This document shows, piece after piece, positions 10,871-39,863 of a stretch of 64,000 nucleotides of DNA. Both the position numbers and the translations under genes were made by a program. The notes under the pieces were generated by a model. It made no database searches and was not told where the DNA came from. It was given only the letters and a program-made list of their open reading frames with translations. Source of the stretch: Macrostomum lignano (Eukaryota); NCBI GenBank assembly GCA_002269645.1, contig NIVC01000557.1, positions 186,001-250,000 on the forward strand. Reading direction: 5' to 3'. The stretch's first letter is position 1; each line of letters begins with the position of its first letter.

Positions 10871-11668
10871 TCTTGGCTTATTCATTTTTATAAAATGACT
10901 GTTACTTGAACACTCTGCGGTCAAGGCTCAAGTCTCTTCAGATGCTTCTTGCTCCAAGATTGTCGGTGGTAAAACCCCATCTGATCTGATACATTGTTGC
11001 AAAAAATACTGTTTAGAGAACACATAGCAGTACCTCTAATCTAGTACATTACCAGCTTTATATACATATCGGAAGCCATAAAAATAGAGCATTGACAATT
11101 TTTAATTTTTAATTTGAAAATTGGAACTTGAAAAATTAAAATTTTAGCAATTTGCAATTTAGTCTCTATTAAATGGTGAATCTGCAAAACTATTTGACAT
11201 GCTGAGCAAAACTTATGAGGATGAGGACTTAAGGCATGTATGCATGGGTTCACACAGTTCTGGAAACTTTTGCAACGCCCCTCGCATATGTAGGTACAAC
11301 TATCGCATAGTGCATGCCAGTCTGGACTAAATTTGCAAACAGACCCTGCGATAAAAATAGCAATTAGTCAGATATACATTGCAATTTCAGAAACTCAACA
11401 CTCAAAAAATTCTAGTTTTATAATAAAATCGACCTTGTTTATCTTGTTTTAAAGAAGTTTGCAGTTCATACTACTCAAACAACATTTTCGGAGTAGTGCT
11501 AATACGAGCTATAAAACATTGAATAAGACGAAACACATGCAAAATGAGATATTACGGTCGTGTATTTCACTCTTACTAGTGGAAATCATGCTATAAAATG
11601 TAGAAATTGACATTCTCTAATGATTAAACAAAGACGAGTTAAGTTTGAAAATATCAGATGAAAAGATC

Positions 11669-11865
11669 TGAAGGCTGCGTACGGCTGTTCATTCCAAGGA
11701 CTGGAGGGTCGCCACACGCACCCTCAATTACCCCAGCTAATGCTGGCACCCATTTTACAGCTGCATGGGTGAACTGAAGCAATGCAGAGTTGAGTTGTCT
11801 TGCTCAAGGACACAAATTGTTCCAGTGGGATTGGGAATCGAACCCGACGCTATGACCACTAGGCT
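11669..11865 (-). mobile_element. tRNA-derived SINE, colinear copy
   Basis: The reverse strand reads gcctagtggtcatagcgtcgggttcgattccc...gtgtccttgagcaagacaac...cagctgtaaaatgggtgcc...ggggtaattgagggtg. Confidence 0.7.
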
Positions 11866-12356
11866 GCAACCCTCTTGGCTTAAATGTGGTTGCTTAATAT
11901 TTTGACACGTGTTTAAAGCTCCCCTGCTGTTCTGCGTGGCCAACTCTGGTCTCTTTGTCGGAGAAAGATATGAATTGGATCAGTTTGGCAGCAACTTCCC
12001 CATGCAGGACTGCTGGAGTTGCCAGTTGTTTGTTCTTCATCCATGCTTTCAATATTGAAGCAGCAACATCTGCAACAGCTGTTGTCTGCTGTTCGGTCTG
12101 CATTGCTGAATTTAGCCGTCAGAATGACTGACAGCTCTTTGGCAGCGGTCAGTATGAATCGAGCAGCATGCAGATAAGGAACTGCAATTTTGTGTATGCA
12201 GATTTCCAGCATGGCACGGAGATGCTTTATTGCATGAATTTATGATTTAAACTTAATACGGTCAAGCGCGCTTTCGAATAAGACGACGAAAATCACTTGA
12301 AAATTAATAATTTAGTGGAGAAGAGACTTAATTAGAAATTTATTATATCCGAATAA

Positions 12357-12760
12357 AATAGAGATTGAGCGCCTTAGCTCGTAGTGAAGATGGAGCGATA
12401 ATGAGCGTCTAATAGAAATTGAGCGCCTAATAGAGATTGAGCGTCTAATAGAGATTGAGAGAGCCTAATAGAGATTTAGAGAGCCTAATAGAGATTGAGC
12501 GCCTAATGGAGATTGAGCGCCTAATAGAGATAGAGCGCCTAATAGAGACTAATAGCCTAATAGAGATTGAGCGCCTAATAGATATTAAGCGCCTAATGGA
12601 GATTTAGCGCCTAGTTGAAATTGAGCGCCTAATAAAGGTTGGGCGCCTAATAGAGATTAACGCCTAATAGAGATAGAGCACCTAATAGAGACTGATTGCC
12701 TAATAGAGATTGAGCGCCTAATAGAGTCTTATAGCCTAAGAGAGATTGAGCGCCTAATAT
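12357..12760. repeat. 18-bp minisatellite (CCTAATAGAGATTGAGCG)n
   Basis: Direct reading. Confidence 0.93.
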
Positions 12761-14036
12761 AGAGTAGGAGCTCCAAATTTAGTGTTTAGTGCTCATTACA
12801 GTGTCCACTGTACATGTACCAAACCCATCCTTATATATTAACCTAAACAGACTTTGCTGACTCGGCTCTGTGACTAAAAAGAGACTTTGATAAAAAAACT
12901 GGAACATTGTGTATGTATGGTGCAGTATGAAGAGTGTTACGCTTGGTGCTACAGTAATCCAATTGTCTGATCTGACAATAGGTTGTTCATAATTTACCAT
13001 CTAAAACATGTGTATGCAAATAGTAAGCAGACAAGAATACACCTGTCTGCCTGACTCCATCGCGTGGGAAAATATTGTGAATAGAGAAGAAAACTCTGTG
13101 AAAATGCATGTTGAAAAGCTTCGAATGTCATGAAAAGCTGCGGCTGGATGGCAGCACATTCTATAGGCAATAAATAAACTCTTATAACTTTTGTATTGTG
13201 CTTTATATTTTGTATTCTCCCCCCGTGTCACACTTACCCAAACCAGCAGGTTTATACAGGCCGTTGTATTTCTTCACCTAAGCAATGGCACACTCCATTT
13301 TGCAATCGCAATGCGTCATACAATGTACAGTTTTCATTGTCAATTTTGACCTTCGAGACCCTCAGCTCTAGAAAATGCTAACACCTGTAGTGACTGGCTT
13401 TTATACCTATTTTTGCCTCAACTACTGAAGCCCTTTAAGTGTTAAATTAGTGACAAAAATATCTTCCTCTTGACATTTTTCATTCTTTCTCGCTTCGCTG
13501 CAAATTTGCATTCAAATTTGCACAGAATTCAATACAGCCGCATAATGAACCGCGCAATCTTCGCAGATTGTAAAACTCGAATATTCTATAAGATGATCAT
13601 AAAAAGCTACTTTATTATATCTGGCCTTATTTTGGCTTTTTTACAACTGTTGAACTCTTGCGAACTACTTGGGTCTGCTCAACTATTTTGAAGGTGTGAA
13701 AATACTGCTGCACACTGGGGCCTCGCTGCTTCACTATTCTAAGTTGCATTTCATTGAATTAAAAAGCTGCAAATAAAGATAGAAGATGGCGATACGATGC
13801 CCCCCCTCTACAAAAGATGTCGAGTTAGGGCAGTTCACCCATTGGCTGAGCCTTCCATTGGCGGGGATCCGGCCCGCGCCGCTACCCTCCTCCTCCCCCT
13901 GCTCAGCCTCCTCCCCAACATCTTCTCTATTCATCCATGGTCTGTATCATGGATGATGTCTGTTCATCTGTATAAATCAAGCCCAATAAACTCCCACTTG
14001 TCTAACGTAAAGAATTCTGAAGGTTCAGCTTAACAA

Positions 14037-28373
<14,337 letters not shown>

Positions 28374-29674
28374 GAGACTCTCAGTATCTCCCTGACCGAA
28401 AATTCACAAGCAGATCGAGCGTTTCACTTTTGCATGCAATCGCAGGGACTATAAAACTAACTAATAATACGGTTCCTTTAGCGATCGATATCGATGCATG
28501 CATATGCGACCGGTTGTATTACTAGGTACTATATTTTTAATACACCGGCTGTACATGTATGTATTAATATTTCAACGGTGCTAATACTAGTAGTATACTA
28601 ATGATATGTTATCCATTCCATGAAATGCTGGGGCACCATATGCAGATGAAATCGCTATAGGAATGCAGAATTAGTTGTCACATGTAAACCTGTCGTGCCG
28701 CGAAGGGAGCTACATGTACGTAACAGTAATAGTGTAGGTTGCGGGCCGACAGACCAAATTTGTTTTTAGACTGTTCATTTGGTTTACATGTACGTTTAAT
28801 ATGTTAATAATGGCACTTTACATGCATGTAATTGAATAAAAATTCAACGAGGTCCACTCGATCAGGACTGTGTAACAAGAAATCATTCATATATTAGATC
28901 CTCAATCAAAGAGCGCGCCCGTGCACTGGTAGTCTTTTCATCGAAATTTCCCAACAGAATACACACAAGAGTATTTATTCTATTTCGGAATCTACGCAGG
29001 TGTATTTTTTGCACAATGGTAGAATGGGTAAAAAAATCACAGGGTTTGGCATGTTGTTTCATTGTATACTAGGCCCACACTACAGGGAGCGATTCAAAAG
29101 CAATAAAATTTTCAAAAAATTTTATGTTCCATATACAATAATGTAATACACTAACTGTATTTAGTAAAAAAGTTTGCTATCTTAAAATTTTACCATATAT
29201 TTGTTTAAATGGTCAACGTATAAATCGCATCAATATGACGTTGAATAAGCAGACTCAACTGCTTCAGTAGTTAGTGTCAGACTGGATCATCAGGACACAT
29301 ATGGGCGATATGGCTTATGTCGTATGACGTTAAACATATGTTAATTTTTCATTGACATTAGAAGGCCTATAATTTTTATAAAATATTATGTATTACCTAC
29401 CTAATTTATATTTAATTTAGATCTATATTCCTGAAAGCATTGGTAGGCCCATTAAAGTGCTATCCTAGGCTTAATTTTTGTTGAGTAGGGGCCTAAATTA
29501 AATTAAGAGTACATAGCAATGGCCTAGGCAAATTTAACAATGAGCAGAACTCAAAAAAGTTAAGCATTGGCAATATTTGTGAGAGCTAAAATTGCAGCTA
29601 GTATTGTATAAAATATCAATAACCCAAAGGCCAAAGCTAGGCCTAATGCCGTAGGCTTAACCCATAGGCCTATA

Positions 29675-29972
29675 CATACATGTGCAACCTCCAAAATTCG
29701 GTCAGCCGTGCGACTTAGTTTTAACAAAAATGCGACGTAGTTTTTGGCCAAAAATGCGACTTACATATAAAAAAACCCGAAAGCAAAATCAACGCAACTT
29801 TGGGTAAACGGCAGGAGTAACTATGACTGTTTTATTAAGCTAAAATGCCTCGTCAGCTACTTAGTACTACTCTTCAGGTTATTTTTTGGGTGGGCATTTT
29901 TGCGACTTCCTTGATTGGCCGCCAAATCGGTCGGCCGGATCGGCCGACTCGGCCGACTGTTGCGCATGTATG
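29675..29972. mobile_element. hAT-type MITE (copy at 42666-42963)
   Basis: 14-bp TIR CATACATG(T/C)GCAAC...GTTGCGCATGTATG; 8-bp TSD GGCCTATA. Confidence 0.9.
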
Positions 29973-30571
29973 GGCCTATATGGCCTTATGATAAGGCCAT
30001 GGCCATCTATAATATTTCCTTTTAGATTTGAAACAAAATAGTACAAATGAGATTGAGAATTTATAGGCCTAGGTAGTGCTGGTCTAGCCTAGCTTTTTAT
30101 GTTAAGAAGTAAAGTAGTAATTATTAAAGTAGTAGGCCTAATAAATAGGCCTATTAATTAATTTGTTATAATTAGACCTAGACATTTCATATTTATACAA
30201 TTATAGGCCTATTAAAAAGTTTTGGCAATAATATGCTGTGTGCACTTATAGGCTAGTAGGCCTAGCTAGGATCAAATTGTTTGTGGTTAGTTTGCTAGGA
30301 TATATTGCTTTGTCTATTGTCAGTTAATTTGCTGGCAAATAAAATGAGTTTTTAGTGGTGGGTATGTTTATTGTTTGTTTAGTATAATTATGAGGTAGGG
30401 GTTAAGAAAGATAATAAAAAAAATTTGGATTTGGATTTTCCTTGTAACTGATTGGCATTGAGTTTGCACAAATGAATACAGAAATGGTGCAGACGAATCA
30501 CAACAAATTGCTTTCTCCTGTTTTATTCCAACAGCCGGGGTCCTCAAATTCTGGGGGAGGGTAGTCGTAAT

Positions 30572-30875
30572 CATACATGCGCAACTTCCAAAATTCGGTC
30601 GGCCATGCGACTTAGTTTTAACAAAAAATGCGACGCAGTTTTTGGCCAAAAATGCGACTTACGTAATAAAAACTGTAAAGCAAAATTAACGCAACTTTGG
30701 GTAAACGGCAGAAGTAACTATAACTGTCTTATTAGGGCAAAATGGCTCGTAATGGCTCTAATGGCTTAGTAATACTACTTAGGTTTTTTTGGGTGGGCAT
30801 TTTTGCGACTTCCTTGATTGGCTGCCAAATCGGTCGGCCGGATCGGCCGACTCGGCCGACTGTTGCGCATGTATG
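30572..30875. mobile_element. hAT-type MITE, same family (copy at 43564-43867)
   Basis: Perfect 14-bp TIR CATACATGCGCAAC; 8-bp TSD GTCGTAAT. Confidence 0.9.
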
Positions 30876-33874
30876 GTCGTAATTGTAGCGGAGCAGTCTT
30901 GTAGCGGCATGGTTGTTCAAACAATAATACACCGGAGATTTTGGTGTCATAAAATTAATGTGTTGATTTGCTGAGCTGGTTACTTTTGGTAGGGTAGTTG
31001 CTGCCACCACTATAATTTACATATTTTGGAACAAATTAAGTCTTAGAGCTTTCTTTGAGATGAGAACTTTGGTTTTTTTATGCCCCATAGGCAAATGACT
31101 CAAGAAATACTATGGCTTATGTCAATAGATAAATGTGGTGTTTATGTTTATTAAGTTTCGTTTATTATTTAGCAGGCTTAATAAAGAAAGTTACTAATGC
31201 TATTAATAATTAGGACAATTACTGGGGTTTGCGTTTAATTTGTTACGATGACAATGATTGTGGGCGCCAGTGCACAAAACGAGTTAAGAAAGTAAAATTG
31301 AACAAAACTTGGCAAAAGAAATCTGAAGTGGAGGAGGAGAAGAAACGCATGAACCTAAAGTGGCACATCATGGGCTATATAAATATTAATGGAGAGGCTG
31401 CAGTCAATGAGTGTGGCTGCCACTGGTCACACTAGTAGACCAAAATCTTGGACGTGGACACAACAGATGGAACAGCTTTATTGACATGCAAATTGAGAAA
31501 ATAAAACAAAAAATTTAAGCAAAATTCCAGCAGGGGAAAACTCTTTTTTTCCACAGAATGGGATGACAAAACACTTGCTAGATCTCTAATCAAAAGAACA
31601 TGAGAAAAAATTATTAGCAAACAGACAGGAAAAAATTAACTCTTTTGTGAGCAGTTTGAAGGGCTATTAAAAAATAAAACAGTTAATTAAAATTCAGACC
31701 AGTGGCACCTAACTGCCACAATTATATGACAAATATTGTATGATTAGTTAATTAATTCAGGTATAATTTAGCCATCAATATTCAAAGCAAAAAACAAATT
31801 ATTATAGTTTATTTATACACTGCTTAATATAATTTAAAGAGATGACACTATGTAATTTAGCTTTCATTTTTAACTGTGATTTTAAACTTTGATTTTTATA
31901 TTTTAATTATGATTTTGTAACCTATTTCCTATGAATTTAGTTGTAGTTATCCCATCTCCTATTTTTTCACTATGAACTCTTTTTTTGACTCTAAAGAAAA
32001 AACCACATGAGCTTTAAACTTTGTGCAAAATTTCTCCCAAAATGTAAATTGAAAACTTCCAACTGCTGATCATTCATCTGCTTATTTGCTTATTTGCTGC
32101 AAATACTGCTCTTTACACTAATATATGCTTTGCTGCTTCATTGCTAGGTATTGTTTTCATTGGACACAATAGCATAGCAGATGAACTGTCCACCTTAGCA
32201 TGGATCTCCAGTAGACAAACTGATAGCAGATTAAATGACCTAGTTTGCCCCTAGTTTGTACTATAGACAACAGGAAAAATGACTATTGCTTCATGGCTAC
32301 ACCAATACATGATTAAATTGAGTGCTTATAAAATAAACTAGATTATAAAATGGTAATATTAGGGCAATGCCAACTTTGATTATAGCTACAATAAAATGTT
32401 AGTATGAATAGATAACTTGCTATTGCAATAATTGAATGAATTATGAATACTTGATAAATATCTAAAACAATAAGATCTAATAAAATCGCTATCATTTTGC
32501 ACCACTGCCAAGAAAGTGTTCAGTGTATGCCAGAGTTTTTTAGGCAAAATTGAAAGTTATATACCAATTATGCCAAAAATTAGAAATGTGACTGTCATGT
32601 ATACCAAAATTTCAAAATGATGCAACCTTACTTTGCCCTATGAGAATAAAGATAAATGATCCTTTTTACATTCCAACAATCAAGGACCTTTTCTATTGTT
32701 AGGTTTGATGTTTACATGTACATTATAACAAAATAAGTGTTGTATCTATTACTTTATAACAACTTGCAATCACAAAGTTCTAAAACTTAAACCCTTTAAA
32801 AACACTATCACATTCAATTAGTATATATATATATATATACATATTTATTTATTCATATATATACTTTTTAAGACTCAAACACACCAAATATGCATGTTAA
32901 TGAACTTAGAACTATAAATACAAAATAGTCTCCTTTGTAGGTAGCCATTAATATCCATTTTTATATGCTTTTTGTCTAATATAAGATTTGAATAAAGATA
33001 TATGATAACTGAAATTTCACTATACATATAGTTATTATCTGCATATATCAGAATTTTATTAATTGTGCTTATACAATTCTCATACAATATAAAAATCTAT
33101 TTTCATAATTAAGCTAGTTGCTATATATAATATAGTGCTCATAGGGTTGCTTATGCATCATTGGAAAGATAATTTCATTGATTTCTTTTTCTCTTGCCTA
33201 ATATAACAATCCGTATATCTTCCAAAAATATATATTGTATATAAAGATGACATATTGAACATGTTTTATACCCTTAGTCTAACTAATTTTAGCTAAGATT
33301 AAAAATATTTAGTCCAACATATATTGTCTCTTAGAAATTGAAAATATATAATAAAGTTCTAGCAAATGCCAATGCCTACTTGAAGCTACCAATATCTCTA
33401 CCCTATCCTTTGCATTGCTAATCCTTTCTGATTAGTTGTAGAAGTTTGCAGGCTTCATGTGTATAGATTAATTCTATTTTGCAATTGGTAGGTGTCTGAA
33501 ATCCTTAAGAATCCAAATAATTATGAGATTATTAATAATTCACATGAAATATAAACTATAAAAATATCAAATATGAATAGGCTTGAAACAATAGGATGTC
33601 AATGTCATTTTTGCATCCTGGGTCCGAATCAAGGATTTCAAATTAAAGTTAATATGTCATTTGTGACATACCCTATGGGTCTATGAGCCAACAAACCTAG
33701 ACTGTAATATGTATTATAGATATAGGCTTTAAATTTAGTTTTAAATATTGCCATTGCCAAGTGTAGTCAGTACCTGATAATCATTATTAATAAATTTCAG
33801 GTGCCTATATTCAACAGAGCACCACTTGTTATTATTGTATTGCCTTAGGTCACTTGCTAATCAATCAATCAATC

Positions 33875-34161
33875 ATGAAGGCACAACAACAACAACAACA
33901 GCAACCTCCCAATGCGCAACTTCAGGCATCTGTTTCGCCTAGAATAAAAATTGTGCTGGGCGAAAAGCCCTCTGTCACGCACTGTAACCCATTCTACCTC
34001 ATGAGCAAGGAGCCGCCACAGGAGGCGCCATTGACTGGAGCTTCCAATTTGATCAAGCATCACGATCTTGAGCAGGCTTATTCTATGTACTGTACCAGGC
34101 GTTTGCGTGAGGAGCTGTCGTGTTTTCTGCCTGGGTTACCTGGGCAGATTGATACTAATGG
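33875..34161 (+). pseudogene. MED19: Orphan duplicate of MED19 first coding exon (second exon absent in this copy)
   Basis: Identical to 46867-47153, but followed by the intron satellite and then the duplication junction. Confidence 0.85.
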
Positions 34162-34164
34162 GTG

Positions 34165-34861
34165 AGTCTTGAGTCAGGCTGATTGCTAACAGGTCAGGCT
34201 GATTGCTAATAGGTCAGGCTGATTGCTAACAGATCAGGCTGATTGCTAATAGGTCAGGCTGATTGCTAACAGGTCAGGCTGATTGCTAACAGGTCAGGCT
34301 GATTGCTAATAGGTCAGGCTGATTGCTAACAGATCAGGCTGATTGCTAATAGGTCAGGCTGATTGCTAACAGGTCAGGCTGATTGCTAATAGGTCAGGCT
34401 GATTGCTAACAGGTCAGGCTGATTGCTAACAGGTCAGGCTGATTGCTAATAGGTCAGGCTGATTGCTAACAGGTCAGGCTGATTGCTAATAGGTCAGGCT
34501 GATTGCTAACGGGTTAGGCTGATTGCTAATAGGTCAGGCTGATTATTAATGGGCCAGACTGATTATTGGGTCAGACTGATTATTAATGGGTCAGACTGAT
34601 GATTAGTGGGTCAGACTGATTATTAATGGGCCAGACTGATTATTGGGTCAGACTGATTATTGGGTCAGACTGATGATTAGTGGGTCAGACTGATGATTAG
34701 TGGGCCAGACTGATTATTGGGTCAGACTGATTATTAATGGGTCAGACTGATGATTAGTGGGTCAGACTGATTATTAATGGGCCAGACTGATAATTAGTGG
34801 ATCAGACTGATTATTAATGGGCCAGACTGATTATTGGGTCAGACTGATTATTAATGGGCCA
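34165..34861. repeat. Two adjoining 20-bp-type minisatellites (AGGTCAGGCTGATTGCTAAY)n then (GGGTCAGACTGATTATTAAT)n; full copy at 47157-47935
   Basis: Direct reading. It fills the MED19 intron. Confidence 0.93.
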
Positions 34862-35031
34862 TGATCTGAATAATGTGCAGGTTAACAGGTTGGTTCGCCG
34901 GCGGCGGATTATTTATTTGGTTGCTGGTGGCAGTGTCATCATTGGGCTGGCCGTTAAGGTTCGCCCTCAGCGCCCCGCTCCTAGTTTGGCACGGGGTTGG
35001 GAACGGCATTACTCGTTCCCAGAGCTATCCG
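34862..35031 (-). pseudogene. Duplicated 5' stub of the LINE
   Basis: Identical to 21872-22041. Confidence 0.9.
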
Positions 35032-38000
35032 AGAAACCCCATATAACATAGAATCGCCCACAGAACCATGGAATTGCCCACAGAACTATAAAATTGCCCA
35101 CAGAACCATAGAATTGCCCACAGAACCATAGAATTGCCCACAAAACCATAGAATCGCACACAGACCCATAGAATCGCCAACAGAACCATAGAATCGCCAA
35201 CAGAACCATAGAATCGCCCACAGAACCATAGAATCGCCCACAGAACGATAGAATCACCCACAAAACCATAGAATCGCCAACAGAACCATAGAATTGCCCA
35301 CAGAACCATAGAATCACCACAAAACCATTGAATCGCACACAGACCCATAGAATCGCCAACAGAACCATAGAATCGCCAACAGAACCATAGAATCGCCCAC
35401 AGAACCATAGAATCGCCCACAGAACGATAGAATCACCCACAGAACCATAGAATCGCCAACAGAACCATAGAATCGCCCACAGAACCATAGAATCGCCAAC
35501 AGAACCATAGAATCGCCCACAGAACCATATAATCGCCCACAGAACGATAGAATCACCCACAGAACCATAGAATCGCCAACAGAACCATAGAATTGCCCAC
35601 AGAACTATAAAATTGCCCACATAACCATAGAATTGCCCACAGAACCATAGAATCACCACAAAACCATAGAATCGCACACAGACCCATAGAATCGCCAACA
35701 GAACCATAGAATCGCCAACAGAACCATAGAATCGCCAACAGAACCATAGAATCGCAAAACAGACCCATAGAATCGCCAACAGAACCATAGAATCGCCAAC
35801 AGAACCATAGAATCACAACAGAACCATAGAATCACAACAGAACCATAGAATCGCCCACAGAACCATAGAATCGTCCACAGAACCATAGAATCGCCCACAG
35901 AACGATAGAATCGCCCACAGACCCATAGAATCACCCACAGAACCATAGAATCGCCCACAGAACCATAGAATCGCCCACAGAACGATAGAATCACCCACAG
36001 AACCATAGAATCGCCCACAGAACCATAGAATCGCCCACAGAACAATAGAATCGCCCCTGAAGCTCCATATCGGATAACCAAAACAATTATCATGGTCACG
36101 TAGAATCATTGCTTCCGTTTCAGCGAGCGGTTGACATTTCAATTATAATTCTACAATTATATTGGAGACTTGCTTCGTTGCTAAAACACATTCACTTCCA
36201 TATAGCCTGCATATGAAGATTACGTAATCCATTAGCACTTGGTGCTGCTTGAAGTTCCATGTTCAATCTTTTTAAGCACCCATCTAGCGATACAGATCTA
36301 TCTCTTATTCTGCATCTTCCCTTGACATATTTCGTGCTGGTCAGTAAGGGCTATCATGTCTAGAAATTTGAAGATTTTTTCAAAGCATTAACATTTTTGT
36401 TGTCTTCTTTTGCAACATGTCAATCGGAAGATATGTTAGTGTTTGTCAGTAGAAACAAAAAACATTTGCTGCGTCTGCAAAAAACAGGAGAAGAGAGATC
36501 AGATACAGAAATCTCCAGTGCCCCAAAGTCTTTGACCCCTGAACTGAACTGATGGGAGCTGTGTGCATGGAATATCTCACAAGCCCAAAACTTCATATAG
36601 GCTTTGTACGGAATTTCCCATTGTCAAAAAACTCTTGCTTACTAATTCCGCTAGCTTAACAACTTAAACTAATTTGACAATGTGAAGAATCGAGCTTGTG
36701 AAGAATCGAGTCTGTGACGAATCGAGCTTGTGATGAATCGAGCTTGTGAAGAATCGAGCTTGTGAAGAATCGAGCTTGTGAAGAATCGAGCTTGTGAAGA
36801 ATCGAGCTTGTGAGGAATCGAGCTTGTGAAGAATGGAGCTTGTGAGGAATCGAGCTTGTGAAGAATCGAGTCTGTGAAGAATGGAGCTTGTGAAGGATCC
36901 AGCTTGTGAAAAATCGAGCTTGTGAAGAATCAAGCTTGTGAAGGATCGAGCTTGTGAAGAATCGAGCTTGTGAAGAATGGAGCTTGTGAGGAATCGAGCT
37001 TGTGAAGAATCGAGTCTGTGAAGAAGGAGCTTGTGAAGGATCGAGCTTGTGAAGAATCGAGCTTGTGAAGAATCGAGCTTGTGAAGAATCGAGCTTGTGA
37101 AGAATCGAGCTTGTGAAGAATCGAGCTTGTGAAGAATCGAGTCTGTGAAGAATCGAGCTTGTGAAGAATCGAGCTTGTGAAGAATCGAGTCTGTGACGAA
37201 TCGAGCTTGTGACGAATCGAGCTTGTTAAAAATCTAGCTTGTGAAGAATCGAGTCTGTGAAGAATGGAGCTTGTGAAGGATCGAGCTTGTGAAGAATCGA
37301 GCTTATGAAGAATCGAGCTTGTGAAGAATCGAGCTTGTGAAGAATCGAGCTTGTGAAGAATCGAGCTTGTGAAGAATCGAGTCTGTGAAGAATGGAGCTT
37401 GTGAAGGATCGAGCTTGTGAAGAATCGAGCTTATGAAGAATCGAGCTTGTGAAGAATCGAGCTTGTGAAGAATCGAGCTTGTGAAGAATCGAGCTTGTGA
37501 AGAATCGAGCTTGTGAAGAATCGAGCTTGTGAAGAATCGAGTCTGTGAAGAATCGAGCTTGTGAAGAATGGAGCTTGTGAAGATTCGAGTCTGTGAAGAA
37601 TCGAGCTTGTGAAGAATCGAGCTTGTGAAGAACTGAGCTTGTGAAGTTTCGAGCTTCGAACTTTTCTGTCTTCCTCTGAAAACAAGATCTTTCAAGATGG
37701 CTTGGAAGAATGAAAGAAGGGTCGCATGATTCCGAAGCCATTTGAACTGAGAGGCAGAAACTTAAGGAAGCGATTTAAAAGATAAGAAGATATACATGTG
37801 TCTAACAAAAATGACTACTTTATTAAAACGCTAATAATTGTATTGTTCCAATTATTTTATACATTCTAAGACCCGGAAAATCTAGTCAATAACTCTATTA
37901 GCAATAATTTGAATTCGATTTCTGCCGATCAATATCGATAGCTGATATTGCTAAGAGTAAGGATTGCTGGGAGCTCACACCACCTGCTGTGTTTGCCCAA

Positions 38001-39863
38001 TTAGTGTCAATAACCAATCAGAGATGCTAAGAGTTTGCACAGTTCAGTTCAGTAAGAAGTGTCTACACTGTGTAGTTGTGTCAGTCATTTTTCTCTCACC
38101 ACGCTGTTCCTCATTTCTCCAGTTCCCCATCTTCATCTCATTATTTAATAGTGAAATTTTTGCTAGCAATTTCTGGCTATAGTTTTTAACGATCTGTTTA
38201 AACAGGTCAACTTTGACAGTGAGCAAGTATTGTTTCAAGAGCTCAACTCACTCAGGTCCATATTGTAGACAGAACGAGGAGTGGGAGAAAAGAGGGGAGA
38301 GGTCCAGAATCTCTTCTTCATCATCGTTTCAGACTCCTATTATACGGTAAATCCCATTAGAAAGCTGAATCGTTTAATCAGGTTGAGAGAAGACTTGAGT
38401 CGGCGGTATAAGCTTGGTTTACGCTGTGTCAACACGTTCTGGGGAGTTCCGAAGAGAGTCAGTCAGTCTCAAGTCTGAAAGGGTTTTTGAAGCGATATTG
38501 AGAAAGTGACTGATGATCTCCAGTCTTTGAGTTCTGTATAAGCAATAGAAACCCCCTTGAAGCTCGCTTTACACACATATTAGTGCCTGAGTGCAGGGAT
38601 TGGCATCTTCAGTTTCATTCTTGACCCACTGCGATCGAGGCCCTATACGTATATGCGCATGGGGGTTGGGAAAAATATAGCAAACAGACCAGCAACTTGG
38701 CTTTTATACTTGGCGGTGCCTGACCGTTGAAATTGGGAGGCGGCGGGCCCGAGAAAGTATGGAGAAAAGCTGGACAAACAAGGCAATCCGAGAGTTCCAA
38801 GCCAGCCGACGGTTCCCCGAAAATCCCCAAAAAACAAAGGTGTTTCGGTTTGGGGGAGGACTGCAATAATAAACACCTATAAGACAGGGATGCAGGCTTG
38901 AGGATCAAATTGTTTGCACACTCCTGCGCAGTGTGGGTGTCCGGCTAAACCTTATCGAATAGATTTTTTTCTCTTGGCAAAAAATGGCTAATTTTTTTCC
39001 TTGTGCGGAAAATAGCGGAGAATGCCGAGAGCCGCGTGAATAGGAGATGTCAGCTGTCTGTCACGATCGCTGGCCAAATGTAAAAAAGAAGAATTCGATT
39101 CCCAAAGTCTGGCAAACTTGCAATGCGGTCTTTGAATTCCTCAGCAACTTAGGTGGCCGGTTTTCCGTCTGCTGGTCTGAGGAATGCTGCAAGAGGGTTG
39201 GACAACTCTCGATTGTTTTCTAAAATTGTGCATAATATGCATCTATTGTTTGTTTATATTGTTTTGATAACTACGAGTATTGAATTACATGTATATAGGA
39301 TGTTAAAACAGGCTGAAGACAGAAAGAGTATTGAGTGAGATATGGAGAGACTACTGAGTGAGATACGGAGAGAGTGCTGAGTGAGATATGGAGAGAGTGC
39401 TGAGTGAGATATGGAGAGAGTGCTGAGTGAGATATGGAGAGAGTGCTGAGTGAGATATGGAGAGAGTGCTGAGTGAGATATGGAGAGACTACTGAGTGAG
39501 ATATGGAGAGAGTGCTGAGTGAGATATGAAGAGAGCATTGAGTGAGATGGAGAGAGTGCTGAGTGAGATATGGAGAGAGTGCTGAGTGAGATATGGAGAG
39601 AGTGCTGAGTGAGATATGGAGAGAGTGCTGAGTGAGATATGGAGAGAGCATTGAGTGAGATGGAGAGAGTGCTGAGTGAGATATGGAGAGAGCATTGAGT
39701 GAGATGGAGAGAGTGCTGAGTGAGATATGGAGAGAGCGTTGAGTGAGATATGGAGAAGATATGGAGAGAGTGTTGAGTGAGATAGAGAGATTAGTAAGTC
39801 ATAATTCGTTATCCGTTGATATTACGCAATGTAATTTTAACAAGCCGTGTCCTGTCCCCACAG

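Noticed and set aside
10327-10909. Cys-rich CxxC (VCGLCQ)n ORFs resembling metallothionein or ferredoxin
   Set aside because: They are translations of an 18-bp satellite that is open in several frames on both strands.
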